A stretch of DNA of 64,000 bases from positions 10,260-74,259 of the forward strand of contig DAHUYN010000007.1 of NCBI GenBank assembly GCA_027315165.1. Direction: 5' to 3'. Each line of letters begins with the position of its first letter. Within the stretch, counting starts at the first letter, position 1. The notes under the pieces were generated by a model. It saw only the letters and a program-made list of their open reading frames with translations, ran no database searches and was not told where the DNA came from. The DNA comes from Thermoplasmata archaeon (GTDB lineage Archaea; Thermoplasmatota; Thermoplasmata; Lutacidiplasmatales; UBA184). Made by a program: the position numbers and the translations under genes. Below are positions 9,984-18,937 of the stretch, piece by piece.

Positions 9984-10159
9984 CGTATCCCCCAAGCCCC
10001 CGAGATTAGAAGACGGTAGTTCACCCCTCGTGAGCACCGGAACGTCGCCCGGAGCGGGCCCGGACGACCGGCGCGTCCCGGTCGAGGCTTGCGGCGCGAG
10101 ACCCGGGGGGTCCGACCGCGACCGACCGAGCCAAATGCCCCTGCCGTCCTCCCCCTCGG

Positions 10160-10483
10160 ATGGCTCCCAGGGCCGGGGCGGTCCGCGAACGGGTCGGTCC
10201 GCTCGACGACGCCGCCGCCGAGGCGAACCGTCGCCTCGCCGAGCTGGGCTGGCCCGTCGTGGTCGAGACCGGGCGCGCGGGAGGCCGGGTCCTCCGGCTT
10301 CGATATGTCGGGGCGCGCGACCGTCGCTCGAGAGACGACACCGCCCGACTCGAGATCCCCGCGGCGGAGCCGGGAGCGGCGGCCGAGGTCGTCCTCGAAG
10401 AGGTCCGACGTCGCGGCTGGGACGCGCGACCCCGGCCGACGCTCCGCAGCCCCCGCTCGTCGGTCTGGTGCGACCCTCCCTGA
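10160..10483 (+). CDS. Hypothetical protein
   Basis: ATG ORF of 107 aa with host codon usage filling the gap; no recognisable motif. Confidence 0.4.
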   Translation: MAPRAGAVRERVGPLDDAAAEANRRLAELGWPVVVETGRAGGRVLRLRYVGARDRRSRDDTARLEIPAAEPGAAAEVVLEEVRRRGWDARPRPTLRSPRSSVWCDPP

Positions 10484-10526
10484 CCGTCCGCGGAGCGGTT
10501 ATCTCCGCGGACCCTCTCCGCCGCCG

Positions 10527-11219
10527 ATGCCGGGGGCCTCGTCGCTCGCCGCGCTGACGGCCGAGCTCGTCGCCTGTCGCCGCTGCCCGCGCCTCGTCGC
10601 CTTCCGCGAGCGGGTCGCGCTCGAGAAGAAGCGGGCCTTCGCGTCCGAGACCTACTGGGGACGGCCGGTCCCCGGCTTCGGCGACCCCGAGGCGCGCCTC
10701 GTCGTCGTCGGGCTCGCCCCGGCGGCCCACGGCTCCAACCGGACGGGTCGGGTCTTCACGGGGGACCGCTCGGCGGCGTTCCTCGTTCGGAGTCTCTACG
10801 ATGCGGGGTTCGCGAGCCAGCCGACCTCCGAGCGCCGCGGGGACGGCCTCCGGTACCGCGACGCCTACGTCACGGCCGCCGTGCGGTGCGTCCCGCCGGA
10901 CAACCGGCCCCGGCCCGACGAGTGGGGCCGATGCCGGGGCTTCCTCGAGGGCGAGTTCGCCTTGCTGTCGAACGCGCGCGCCTACCTGGCGCTCGGTGGG
11001 TTCGCCTTCGACGCGACCCTCGACGCCGCGGCCCAGGTCCATCGGGTCCCCCGACCCCGGGCGACCTTCGCCCACGGGGCCTGCGTCCCGCTCGGCCCGG
11101 GCAAGCCGCTCGTCCTCGGTTCCTACCACCCGAGCCCGCAGAACACGAACACCGGTCGGCTCTCCCCGGCGATGCTCCGATCGGTCCTCGAGCTCGCGCG
11201 GGCCTCCTACACGAGATAG
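10527..11219 (+). CDS. udgB: Uracil-DNA glycosylase family 5 (UDG-b, Fe-S)
   Basis: CRRCPRL, YWGRPVPGFGD, GLAPAAHGSNRTGRVFTGD, RCVPPDNRP and YHPSPQNTNTG. Confidence 0.92.
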   Translation: MPGASSLAALTAELVACRRCPRLVAFRERVALEKKRAFASETYWGRPVPGFGDPEARLVVVGLAPAAHGSNRTGRVFTGDRSAAFLVRSLYDAGFASQPTSERRGDGLRYRDAYVTAAVRCVPPDNRPRPDEWGRCRGFLEGEFALLSNARAYLALGGFAFDATLDAAAQVHRVPRPRATFAHGACVPLGPGKPLVLGSYHPSPQNTNTGRLSPAMLRSVLELARASYTR

Positions 11220-11261
11220 CGCGGGCCGGCAACGTTAACCCCGTCCACCCGTCCCCCCGGC

Positions 11262-13232
11262 GTGGGCCACTTCGAGCTGCTCGAGCGCGACGGCCTCGCG
11301 CGCCTGGGCCGGCTCGAGACCCCGCACGGCCCCATCGAGACCCCGGCGCTCCTGCCCGTGGTCCACCCGGACCCCGCCCGGCAGCCCGTCGCCCCCTCCG
11401 AGCTCCGCCGCCGGTTCGGCCTCAACGCCGTGATCACCTCCTCGTACATCACCTACCGGACCCCGGAGCTCCGCCGCGTCGCCGAGGAGACCGGGATCCA
11501 CGGGCTCCTCAAGTTCGACGGGCCCGTGATGACCGACTCGGGGGCCTTCCAGCAGCACGCCTACGGCCGTGTCGAGGTGACCGCGGAGGAGATCCACGCC
11601 TTCCAGCGACGGATCGGGAGCGACATCCCGACGGTCCTCGACATCTTCGTCGAACCGGAGGCGACCGAGGCCGAGGCCGAGCGCGGGGTCGAGGAGACGC
11701 TCACGAGAGCCCGCGCCGCGCGCGAGCTCACACGAGGGCTCCTCGCCGTGCCCGTGCAAGGCGGCCGGTTCGCCGAGCTCCGGCACCGGTCCGCGGCCGG
11801 CGCGAGCGAGCTCGCCGACGTCCTCGCGGTCGGCGGGGTCGTGCCGCTCCTCGAGCGGTACCGGTACGCCGACCTCGCGCGCGCGCTCGTCGCCGCGAGG
11901 CCGGCGCTCGCGCCCGAGTGCGCCGTCCACCTCTTCGGCGCCGGGCACCCGATGGTCTTCGCGTTCGCGGCGTTGTTCGGCGTCGACCTGTTCGACTCCT
12001 CCTCCTACCTCAAGTTCGCCCGACGCGGGGACCTGTTGTTCGCGCACGGGACCGTGCCGGTCGACGGGCTTCGGGAGGCGACCTGCCGCTGCCAGCTCTG
12101 CGCCGAGATGCCGCTTCCCGAGGTCGCGAAGCGGCCGGCCCTCGAGCGGGAGCGGCGCCTCGCCGAGCACAACCTCCTGATGTGCGCCCAAGAGGTCGCG
12201 GAGGTCCGCCAGGCGATCCGCGACGGGAACCTCTGGGAGCTCGCCGAGCGGCGTGCGTCGGCCCACCCGGCCCTGCTCGCCGGCCTCAAGGCCGCGGTGC
12301 GGGGGGTCCGCGTCTTCCTCCCGGCGGAGCCCGAGAGCCGGACCAGCTTCCGCTACGTCGGCGCGACGAGCGGGCTCCGGCCCTCGGTGATCCGCTTCCT
12401 CGCCCACGCCGAACGCTGGAGGTCGGGGAAGGGGCCGTTCCGCGACCACGACTGGGTCCCGCTGCACCCGGCGACGCTCTCGAGGACGCCGACCGAGGAC
12501 CGGTCGGGTCGGCCGCTCTGGTGGGGGGTCCTCTCGAGCTTCGGCCCGGTCCCGCTCGAATTGACCGACCTCTATCCTCTCGGCTGCTACGTCGGGCCGG
12601 ACGAGTTCGACGAGGCCGGCCTCCGACGGCTCTCCGAGGCGGCGGCCCGGCCTCCCCGCCCCGACGTGCTCGAGGGCGTCGACTGGGACGCCGACCGCGA
12701 CTGGGCCCCGCGCTGGGAGGCGCGGCTCCGGGTCGCCCTTCTCGAGTACGCCTACGGCGCGGCCGCGTCCAAGACCCTCGAGGCGGGCGGGCTCTCCGTC
12801 GAGCGCTCGCGCCGCAGCGGTCGGCCGCGCGCCTACCTCTCGGCGAACGCGAGGGCGTTCATCCTGGGCCCGGACGGGCTGCCCCGGCCGACCTGGCGCG
12901 GCGCCGCGCTCCTCCACGCGGCGCTCCCCCGACCGGCGCGGCGGATCGTCGTCGACGCCGAGGCCGCCCCGTTCGTCGCCGAGGGCCGGAGCCTCTTCTC
13001 CCGCTTCGTTCGAGGAGGGGACTCCTCGCTCATCCCCGGGGCGAGCGCGCTCCTCGTCGATCCGGACGACCGCCTCCTCGCCGTCGGCCGGCTGCTCTTG
13101 GCTCCGCACGAGATGGGCCGGCTCACCCGCGGCGTCGCGGTCCGCGTGACGGCGCACGCGCGCCGGCCCGAGGAGCTTGCGCCCCCCGAGCCGGAGGCGC
13201 CGTCCCCCGGGCCCCCCTCCGACGAACCTTAA
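11262..13232 (+). CDS. tgtA: Archaeosine tRNA-guanine(15) transglycosylase with C-terminal PUA domain
   Basis: ETPALLPV, MTDSGAFQ, HLFGAGHP, FDSSSY, zinc site CRCQLC...HN, and PUA tail FVAEGRSLFSRFV...GVAVRV. Confidence 0.93.
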   Translation: MGHFELLERDGLARLGRLETPHGPIETPALLPVVHPDPARQPVAPSELRRRFGLNAVITSSYITYRTPELRRVAEETGIHGLLKFDGPVMTDSGAFQQHAYGRVEVTAEEIHAFQRRIGSDIPTVLDIFVEPEATEAEAERGVEETLTRARAARELTRGLLAVPVQGGRFAELRHRSAAGASELADVLAVGGVVPLLERYRYADLARALVAARPALAPECAVHLFGAGHPMVFAFAALFGVDLFDSSSYLKFARRGDLLFAHGTVPVDGLREATCRCQLCAEMPLPEVAKRPALERERRLAEHNLLMCAQEVAEVRQAIRDGNLWELAERRASAHPALLAGLKAAVRGVRVFLPAEPESRTSFRYVGATSGLRPSVIRFLAHAERWRSGKGPFRDHDWVPLHPATLSRTPTEDRSGRPLWWGVLSSFGPVPLELTDLYPLGCYVGPDEFDEAGLRRLSEAAARPPRPDVLEGVDWDADRDWAPRWEARLRVALLEYAYGAAASKTLEAGGLSVERSRRSGRPRAYLSANARAFILGPDGLPRPTWRGAALLHAALPRPARRIVVDAEAAPFVAEGRSLFSRFVRGGDSSLIPGASALLVDPDDRLLAVGRLLLAPHEMGRLTRGVAVRVTAHARRPEELAPPEPEAPSPGPPSDEP

Positions 13233-13267
13233 GCCTCCCCGGTCGCATCCTGGGCCGGGCCCGATTC

Positions 13268-13504
13268 GTGACGAAGACGTTCCTGCTCCTGCAGTTCGAC
13301 AGCGAAGGAGCCCCGTACTCGAGGGTCGCCGACATCCTCGAGGACCTCGGGTTCCGCGCGCTCGGCGAGGGGTACGACTTCGTCTACGAGTGGGGGCGGC
13401 CCGTCACGGTCGGCGAGTCCCTCGGCTTCGCCGACCGCATCCAGGCCGCGCTCGCGGGGACCCGCGTCCGCTTCCGCGTCGAGTCGAGCGACGAGGAAGG
13501 CTGA
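13268..13504 (+). CDS. Small hypothetical protein (78 aa)
   Basis: GTG start; MTKTFLLLQFDSEGAP...LGF...YDFVYEW; compact alpha/beta pattern with host codon usage. Confidence 0.7.
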   Translation: MTKTFLLLQFDSEGAPYSRVADILEDLGFRALGEGYDFVYEWGRPVTVGESLGFADRIQAALAGTRVRFRVESSDEEG

Positions 13505-13541
13505 CCGGCGACCTTTTCCGCTCGGCTCCGCTGCGATCGCA

Positions 13542-14558
13542 ATGGTGATCCTCGGCATCGAGTCGACGGCCCACACCGCCTCCGTCGGCATCGTCACCGA
13601 GCAGGCCGAGGTCCTCGGCCTCGCCACCGACATGTACCGCCCGACGGCGGGCGGCATCCACCCGAGAGAGGCGGCGAACCACCACGTCGCCGTTCTTCCC
13701 GGCCTCGTCCTCGACGCGCTCGAGCGCGCCCACGTCCGACCGAGCGAGATCGACGCCGTCGCCTTCGCGCAGGGTCCGGGCCTCGGCCCGTGCCTGCGCG
13801 CCGGCGCCACGGTCGCGAGGACGCTCGCGCTCGGCTGGGACCGGCCCCTCGTCCCCGTGAACCACTGCGTCGCCCACGTCGAGATCGCCCGCGTCCTCTC
13901 CGGGCTCGACGACCCGATGCTCCTCTACGCGAGCGGCGGCAACACGCAGGTCATCGCGCACCACTCGGGGCGGTACCGGGTCTTGGGCGAGACCCTCGAC
14001 ATCGGCATCGGGAACTTCCTGGACAAGCTCTGGATCGCCCTCGGCGGGACGTTCCCGGGCGGGCCGGCGCTCGAGAAGGAGGCGCGCTTGGGGGCCGAGC
14101 TGCTCTCCCTCCCCTACTCGGTCCACGGCATGGACGTCGCGTTCAGCGGCCTCTACACGGCCGCGCTCGCCCACCGCGCGTCGGGGGCCGCGCGCCCGGA
14201 CCTCGCCTACTCGGTCGAGGTCACCGCCTACTCGATGCTCACGGAGATCACCGAGAGGGCCCTCGCCCACCGGCATCGGGAGCGGGTCGTCCTCGGCGGC
14301 GGCGTCGCCTGCAACGAACGGCTGCGCACGATGGTCAAGACGATGGTCGAGGGGCGGAACGGGACGATGTTCGCGCCGCCTCCCTCGCTGTGCGTCGACA
14401 ACGGGGCGATGATCGCCTGGACCGGGCATCTCGCGCTCTCGAGCGGGCTCTCGGTCCCCGTCGAGGCCTCGGCCGTCCAGCCGCGGCAGCGGACCGACCT
14501 CGTCCCCGCGCCGTGGCGGAGCGGCGGAGCCCTCGGCGTCCGCCCGGCCCCGGTCTAA
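13542..14558 (+). CDS. kae1: KEOPS t6A tRNA threonylcarbamoyltransferase Kae1 (stand-alone)
   Basis: ILGIESTAHT, GGIHPREAA, GPGLGPCL, NHCVAHVE, SGGNTQ, GETLDIGIGNFLD, GGVACN and DNGAMIA. Confidence 0.95.
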   Translation: MVILGIESTAHTASVGIVTEQAEVLGLATDMYRPTAGGIHPREAANHHVAVLPGLVLDALERAHVRPSEIDAVAFAQGPGLGPCLRAGATVARTLALGWDRPLVPVNHCVAHVEIARVLSGLDDPMLLYASGGNTQVIAHHSGRYRVLGETLDIGIGNFLDKLWIALGGTFPGGPALEKEARLGAELLSLPYSVHGMDVAFSGLYTAALAHRASGAARPDLAYSVEVTAYSMLTEITERALAHRHRERVVLGGGVACNERLRTMVKTMVEGRNGTMFAPPPSLCVDNGAMIAWTGHLALSSGLSVPVEASAVQPRQRTDLVPAPWRSGGALGVRPAPV

Positions 14559-15541
14559 TCGACGCGCAGGCCCAGCCAGGTCAGGCGCTCGCTGCCCGCG
14601 TGGTGCGTCTCGAGCGCGACCTCGGGCGTGATCGCGACCCGCGGCTGCGGCGCGCCGTACGGCGCTCCGTCCCCCGGGACCGCGCCCGCCGTCGCGAGCC
14701 GCGGGCCTTCGACGCCGCCGCCGATGGCGGCGGTCGCGCTCGAGTGGTAGTCGATCTCGATCGTGTGACCCGTGCCGTAGAGCTTGCCGAGGCAGGACGG
14801 CGTCGTCGCGCCCGTGCCGTCGAGCTTGTTGAGCGCGAGGCTCGGCCCGGCCGAGCTCGGCTGGTTGTCGACGAACAGCGTGAGCGTGTGGCTCGCGTCG
14901 GCGGGGAGCCCGAGGAGGTCGTTCGAGGTGTAGTCGATCGTGTGCGTCGAGTAGGAGCTGTTGACGTAGGCCGAGACGTAGGAGGCCTGCCAGACCTGGA
15001 AGAACTCGCCGAGCGTGTAGGTGTACGCCCACGCCGACTCGACCGAGATCGCCGTCGCGGGGCGACCGGCGCTCGCGGGGGTCGTGTGGATCGGCAGCGT
15101 GCACGTGTAGCTCGAGAAGTTCGAGCTGACGCCGATCGCGGGCGGGAGCGGCACGCGGCCCCCGCTCACCAGGATCGTGAGCTCGGGGTAGGTCTGGTAC
15201 ACCGGCGTGTCGCCGGGGCACCAGCTCGTCGAAAAGCCGCTCGCGGTCGTGTTCGCCGCCGGGAACGCCGGCGAGCCGCTCTGGGCGGGGATCGGCTGGA
15301 ACTCGAGGCACGGCGGCTGGAACAGCACGCCCGCGCCGTAGGCGACGAGGAGCACGACGGCCACGATGGCGACGGCCGCGGCGAGCGGCAGGACGGCGCG
15401 ACGCCAGCCGGTCGCGGGCGTTCGAGGCCGCTTGCCCCGACCGTCCTTCCGCCGCTCCTCGCGGCGCCGCTCGCGCCGCTCCTCGGTCGTCAGCTCGGCG
15501 GCCGGTCGGTCGTCGGCGGTCTTGAGGCGGCGCTTGGCCAC
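14555..15541 (-). CDS. Membrane-anchored extracytoplasmic hypothetical protein
   Basis: Basic N-terminus, one TM, then a Ser/Thr-rich domain with LPPAIGV..CTLPIHT..ISVES..YTLGEFFQVW; CTTAAG about 25 nt upstream. Confidence 0.7.
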   Translation of the reverse strand: MAKRRLKTADDRPAAELTTEERRERRREERRKDGRGKRPRTPATGWRRAVLPLAAAVAIVAVVLLVAYGAGVLFQPPCLEFQPIPAQSGSPAFPAANTTASGFSTSWCPGDTPVYQTYPELTILVSGGRVPLPPAIGVSSNFSSYTCTLPIHTTPASAGRPATAISVESAWAYTYTLGEFFQVWQASYVSAYVNSSYSTHTIDYTSNDLLGLPADASHTLTLFVDNQPSSAGPSLALNKLDGTGATTPSCLGKLYGTGHTIEIDYHSSATAAIGGGVEGPRLATAGAVPGDGAPYGAPQPRVAITPEVALETHHAGSERLTWLGLRVD

Positions 15542-15627
15542 GGCGGCGCGAGTGGGGCACTCCCCTTAAGCTCGCGCCACCCGGCGCCCCGCGACCCTAT
15601 ATCCTAGGCGCGACGCTCGGGGGAACG

Positions 15628-16878
15628 ATGCGACGGACCGAGGTGCTCGTCGTCGGCGCCGGCCCCGCCGGCTCGACGATCGCCGAGCGGCTCTCGCGCC
15701 AGGGCCACGACGTCGTCGTGCTCGAAGAGCACGCCCGCGTCGGGCACCCGGTCCAGTGCGCCGGCCTCGTCTCGGACCGGGCGCTCTCGCTCGCCGGGAG
15801 CCGCGCGATGGTCCGGACGCCGGTGCACGGCGCCACGGTCCTCTCGCCGGCGCTCCGCGCCGTCTCGTTCAAGGCCCCCGTGCCGAGGGCGTTCGTCATC
15901 GACCGGGCCGCCCTCGACGTCCATCTCGCCGACCGCGCCGCTCGCGCCGGGGCCACGTTCGAGACCGGCGTCCGGTTCGACGGCGTCGCGGGCCGCCAGG
16001 ACGGGCTCACGCGGATCGCCGCGAGCGATGCCGACGGGGGGGCCCGAGAGTACGAGGCCCGGCTCGTCGTCGGCGCCGACGGCGTGGCGAGCGCCGTCGC
16101 GCGGGCGTTCCGCCTCCGGCGCCCGGTCGAGATCCTGCCGGCGTTCGAGGCGGAGTTCGCCGAGAGCCCGGGCGACCCGGACGAGGTCGAGGTCCACCTG
16201 GGCCGCACGGTCTCGCCCGGCCTCTTCGGCTGGTGGATCCCCGACGGAGCGGGCGGCGCGCGCATCGGCGTCGCGGTGACGCCCGGCGCGACGACGGCCC
16301 GCGCGTACTTCGACCGCCTGGTCGCGCGGATCGAGGCCCGGCACGGCCGGCCCCTCCGCAGCCCGCTCAGCCTCGTCGCCTCGGGGATCCCGATCGGGAC
16401 CGTCCCGAGGCTCTACGGCGACGGCGTGCTCCTCGTCGGAGACGCGGCGGCCCAGGTCAAGCCGCTGTCCGGCGGAGGGATCTTCACGGGGATGCGCGCC
16501 GCCGAGCTCGCCGGTGAGGTGGCGCACGAGGCGCTCGTCGCGGGGGACGCCTCGGCGGCGCGCCTCGCCCGGTACGAGGCGCTCTGGCGGCACGAGCTCG
16601 GCGAGGAGTTCCAGCGCGCGCTCTACCTCCGTCGCCTCTTCCTGAGGCTCTCCGACGCGGAGTTCGAGAGGCTCCTCGAAGCGCTCCAGGGCTCAGAGAT
16701 GAAGGCGTCGATCGTCGCGTTCGGCGACATCGACTTCCCCACACACGTCGCGGGACAGCTCCTGCGTCAGTCGCCGTCCCTGGTGCGCCTCTTCCCGAAG
16801 GCCCTCGGCGCCTGGCTCGGCGGCCGTGGGCCGCTCGCCCCGGACCTCGAGCCGGGTCCCGGCCGCCAGGCGACGTAG
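15628..16878 (+). CDS. Geranylgeranyl reductase family FAD oxidoreductase (digeranylgeranylglycerophospholipid reductase-like)
   Basis: VVGAGPAGS, VQCAG, VIDRAALD, VGADG, PGLFGWWIP and LVGDAAAQVKPLSGGGI. Confidence 0.9.
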   Translation: MRRTEVLVVGAGPAGSTIAERLSRQGHDVVVLEEHARVGHPVQCAGLVSDRALSLAGSRAMVRTPVHGATVLSPALRAVSFKAPVPRAFVIDRAALDVHLADRAARAGATFETGVRFDGVAGRQDGLTRIAASDADGGAREYEARLVVGADGVASAVARAFRLRRPVEILPAFEAEFAESPGDPDEVEVHLGRTVSPGLFGWWIPDGAGGARIGVAVTPGATTARAYFDRLVARIEARHGRPLRSPLSLVASGIPIGTVPRLYGDGVLLVGDAAAQVKPLSGGGIFTGMRAAELAGEVAHEALVAGDASAARLARYEALWRHELGEEFQRALYLRRLFLRLSDAEFERLLEALQGSEMKASIVAFGDIDFPTHVAGQLLRQSPSLVRLFPKALGAWLGGRGPLAPDLEPGPGRQAT

Positions 16879-17561
16879 CCGCCCGCCGCGGCGAGCACGA
16901 TCGCCGCCGCCAGGATCGCCCAGAGCACCGGCGGGTACGGGTTCTGCCGAACGAGGACCGCCGTCTCCGGCACCACCCCCGAGACGCCGAGGGCGCTCAG
17001 GTTGAGCGTCGACGCGCCGCCCGGCGCCGACGTCGCCGCGGACCACGCCGCCGCCGAGAAGAAGCCTCGCGACTCGAAGAGATAGCTCGTCCCGTTCGCC
17101 GCGAACGTGACCGAGAGGCGGAGCGCGTAGGTCCCGACGGGGGCCGCCGCGTCGGTCGAGACCCCGACCGACTCGCCGACGGAGGCGCCGCTGTCGAGGG
17201 ACGCGACGAGCAACGTCACCGAAGGGCCGCTCGAGCCCGCGGCCGAGAGCGTCGGCACGTCGCTCGGGAGCGGGCCCGTCGCGTTGCCCGGGTAGGCGTT
17301 GAACTCGTACCAGGCGACCGTCAGGCGGAGCCCCAAGAGCGGGGCCTGGAGCGGGTCGGAGAGAATGAGCGCGAGGCTCCCCGACGCGCCCGGCGCCAGG
17401 ACCGGGGCGGAGAGACCCGAGAGGAGGAGCGAGCCGTCCGCGACGGGAAGCACCGGCGGCGACGTGGCCTCGGCCGATGCGAGGACGCTCGGGGCGACGA
17501 GGACCGCGAGGAGGACGAGCGCAGCCGGGGCGTTCCCCCGGAGGGCCCTAGGCCGGCCCAC
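16767..17561 (-). CDS. Exported protein with C-terminal membrane anchor
   Basis: Signal peptide, Ig-like beta-rich middle, C-terminal TM plus basic tail. Overlaps the peptidase stop and the 3' end of the GGR gene. Confidence 0.65.
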   Translation of the reverse strand: MGRPRALRGNAPAALVLLAVLVAPSVLASAEATSPPVLPVADGSLLLSGLSAPVLAPGASGSLALILSDPLQAPLLGLRLTVAWYEFNAYPGNATGPLPSDVPTLSAAGSSGPSVTLLVASLDSGASVGESVGVSTDAAAPVGTYALRLSVTFAANGTSYLFESRGFFSAAAWSAATSAPGGASTLNLSALGVSGVVPETAVLVRQNPYPPVLWAILAAAIVLAAAGGYVAWRPGPGSRSGASGPRPPSQAPRAFGKRRTRDGD

Positions 17562-18453
17562 GCGGCTCCTCCGCGTACCGGCCCGTTCGGTGGAGGGTGA
17601 GGAGCCGTTCGATCCGCTCGACGACCTGGGCCCGCCCCCCGCGGCCGGAGGCGCCGGCGAAGCGGACCGCGCCGGGGACGGGGCTCGTGAACGCGAGGTC
17701 GGCCGACTTGGCGAGGGCCCGTGCGAGCGCGAGCGGCCGCCGCGTCCGCTCCGCCGCCTCGACGTCGGCGCGGAACTCCTCGTGTCGGGTGAGCACCGCG
17801 ACGACGTAGCCGATCACCGGGTCCCAGCGCATCAGCCGCGCCAGGGTCCGCAGGTAGGTGAGGTAGCGGCCGTCGAGGCTCAGGAGATGGCCGACCTCGT
17901 GGGCCAGGACGGCGTCGCGCTCCTCGGGGGTCAGCCGCCGCAGCAGCTCCCGCGAGAGCAGGATGACCTCGTGCCGTCGCGGCCGTCCGTGCGGGCCGAC
18001 CTCGACGAGCGCGAAGGAGAACGCCTCGAGCCGACCGGAGTCGAACGTCCGCAGGGAGATCCGCCGCGAGGGCATCGGCAGGCTGCCCGGCCACGGGAGC
18101 GGCGTCGGGCGGAGCACGGTGAGCAGGCCGCGCCCGACGACCTGGTTGAGGAGGAAGACGGCGGTGAGCAGGCCGAACGCCCCGACGGCGCCCTCGAGCC
18201 AGACCGGCAGCGCCGCGGGCGCGAAGAGCCCGAGCGGCCGCTCCGCGAGCGAGACGACCGCGGCGAGGCCGCCGTGGGTGAGGACCCAGGCGAGCGTCGT
18301 CGTCGCGAGGACCGCCCAGAGGGCGAGGAACACGGACGCCACCCGCAGCAGGACCGGGGCGCGGGCGCGGCGCAGCGCGACCGCGAAGGTCCCGGCCAGC
18401 GCCGCCCACAGCGCGACCGGGACGACCAGGAGCTCGGCTACGGGAGGGCCCAT
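17548..18453 (-). CDS. Membrane Zn metallopeptidase, M56/M48 (BlaR1/HtpX-like)
   Basis: N-terminal TMs, ERDAVLAHEVGH (HExxH), EEFRAD third ligand and ALARALAK. Confidence 0.88.
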   Translation of the reverse strand: MGPPVAELLVVPVALWAALAGTFAVALRRARAPVLLRVASVFLALWAVLATTTLAWVLTHGGLAAVVSLAERPLGLFAPAALPVWLEGAVGAFGLLTAVFLLNQVVGRGLLTVLRPTPLPWPGSLPMPSRRISLRTFDSGRLEAFSFALVEVGPHGRPRRHEVILLSRELLRRLTPEERDAVLAHEVGHLLSLDGRYLTYLRTLARLMRWDPVIGYVVAVLTRHEEFRADVEAAERTRRPLALARALAKSADLAFTSPVPGAVRFAGASGRGGRAQVVERIERLLTLHRTGRYAEEPRGPA

Positions 18454-18456
18454 CCG

Positions 18457-18828
18457 CTAGGGGGAACCCGCTCGGAGCTTAAGGCGGCGCCGCCCTTGGC
18501 GACCCCCGCCCGGGCCCTTCCGGGCCAGCTCCTCGTTGAGATGGACGACGCCGACGGGGCCGAACAGTTCGACGACCCCCTCGAGGAGGCTGCGCAGGTA
18601 GCGCCGCTCGAAGTCCGCGGCCCGATAGACGAACCGCTCTCCGCCCCGGCACGCCTCGCGCCGTCGGCGGACCATCCCCTTCTGGTGGAGCCGCGCGAGG
18701 ATCGTCGCGACGGTCGTGTAGGCGACGTCGATCCCGCGGCGGTCGAGCTCCTCCCGCACCGCGCGGGCCGGAGCCTCCGAGAGCGCCGACAGCGCGAGGA
18801 GCACCTCCGACTCAAGCGGACCGAGCAT
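18457..18828 (-). CDS. BlaI/MecI/CopY family transcriptional repressor
   Basis: LGPLESEVL...VAYTTVATILARLHQKGMVRR...FVY: the Penicillinase_R pattern. Confidence 0.9.
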   Translation of the reverse strand: MLGPLESEVLLALSALSEAPARAVREELDRRGIDVAYTTVATILARLHQKGMVRRRREACRGGERFVYRAADFERRYLRSLLEGVVELFGPVGVVHLNEELARKGPGGGRQGRRRLKLRAGSP

Positions 18829-18937
18829 GGGCCGACCGGACGCCGCGCCCAGCGGGGCGTCCCGCTATAATCGTGCGGTTGGAATCGCACATACTTGCTC
18901 CCCCAAGGGTATATGGGCATCTCCGAATGGGCCGGGC

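Noticed and set aside
13542-14558. Kae1-Bud32 fusion or frameshifted fusion
   Set aside because: Kae1 ends cleanly at TAA and no kinase motifs follow.
18457-18828. Repressor as CopY controlling copA
   Set aside because: It lacks the C-terminal CxC copper motif, is paired with an M56-like peptidase and lies about 10 kb from copA.
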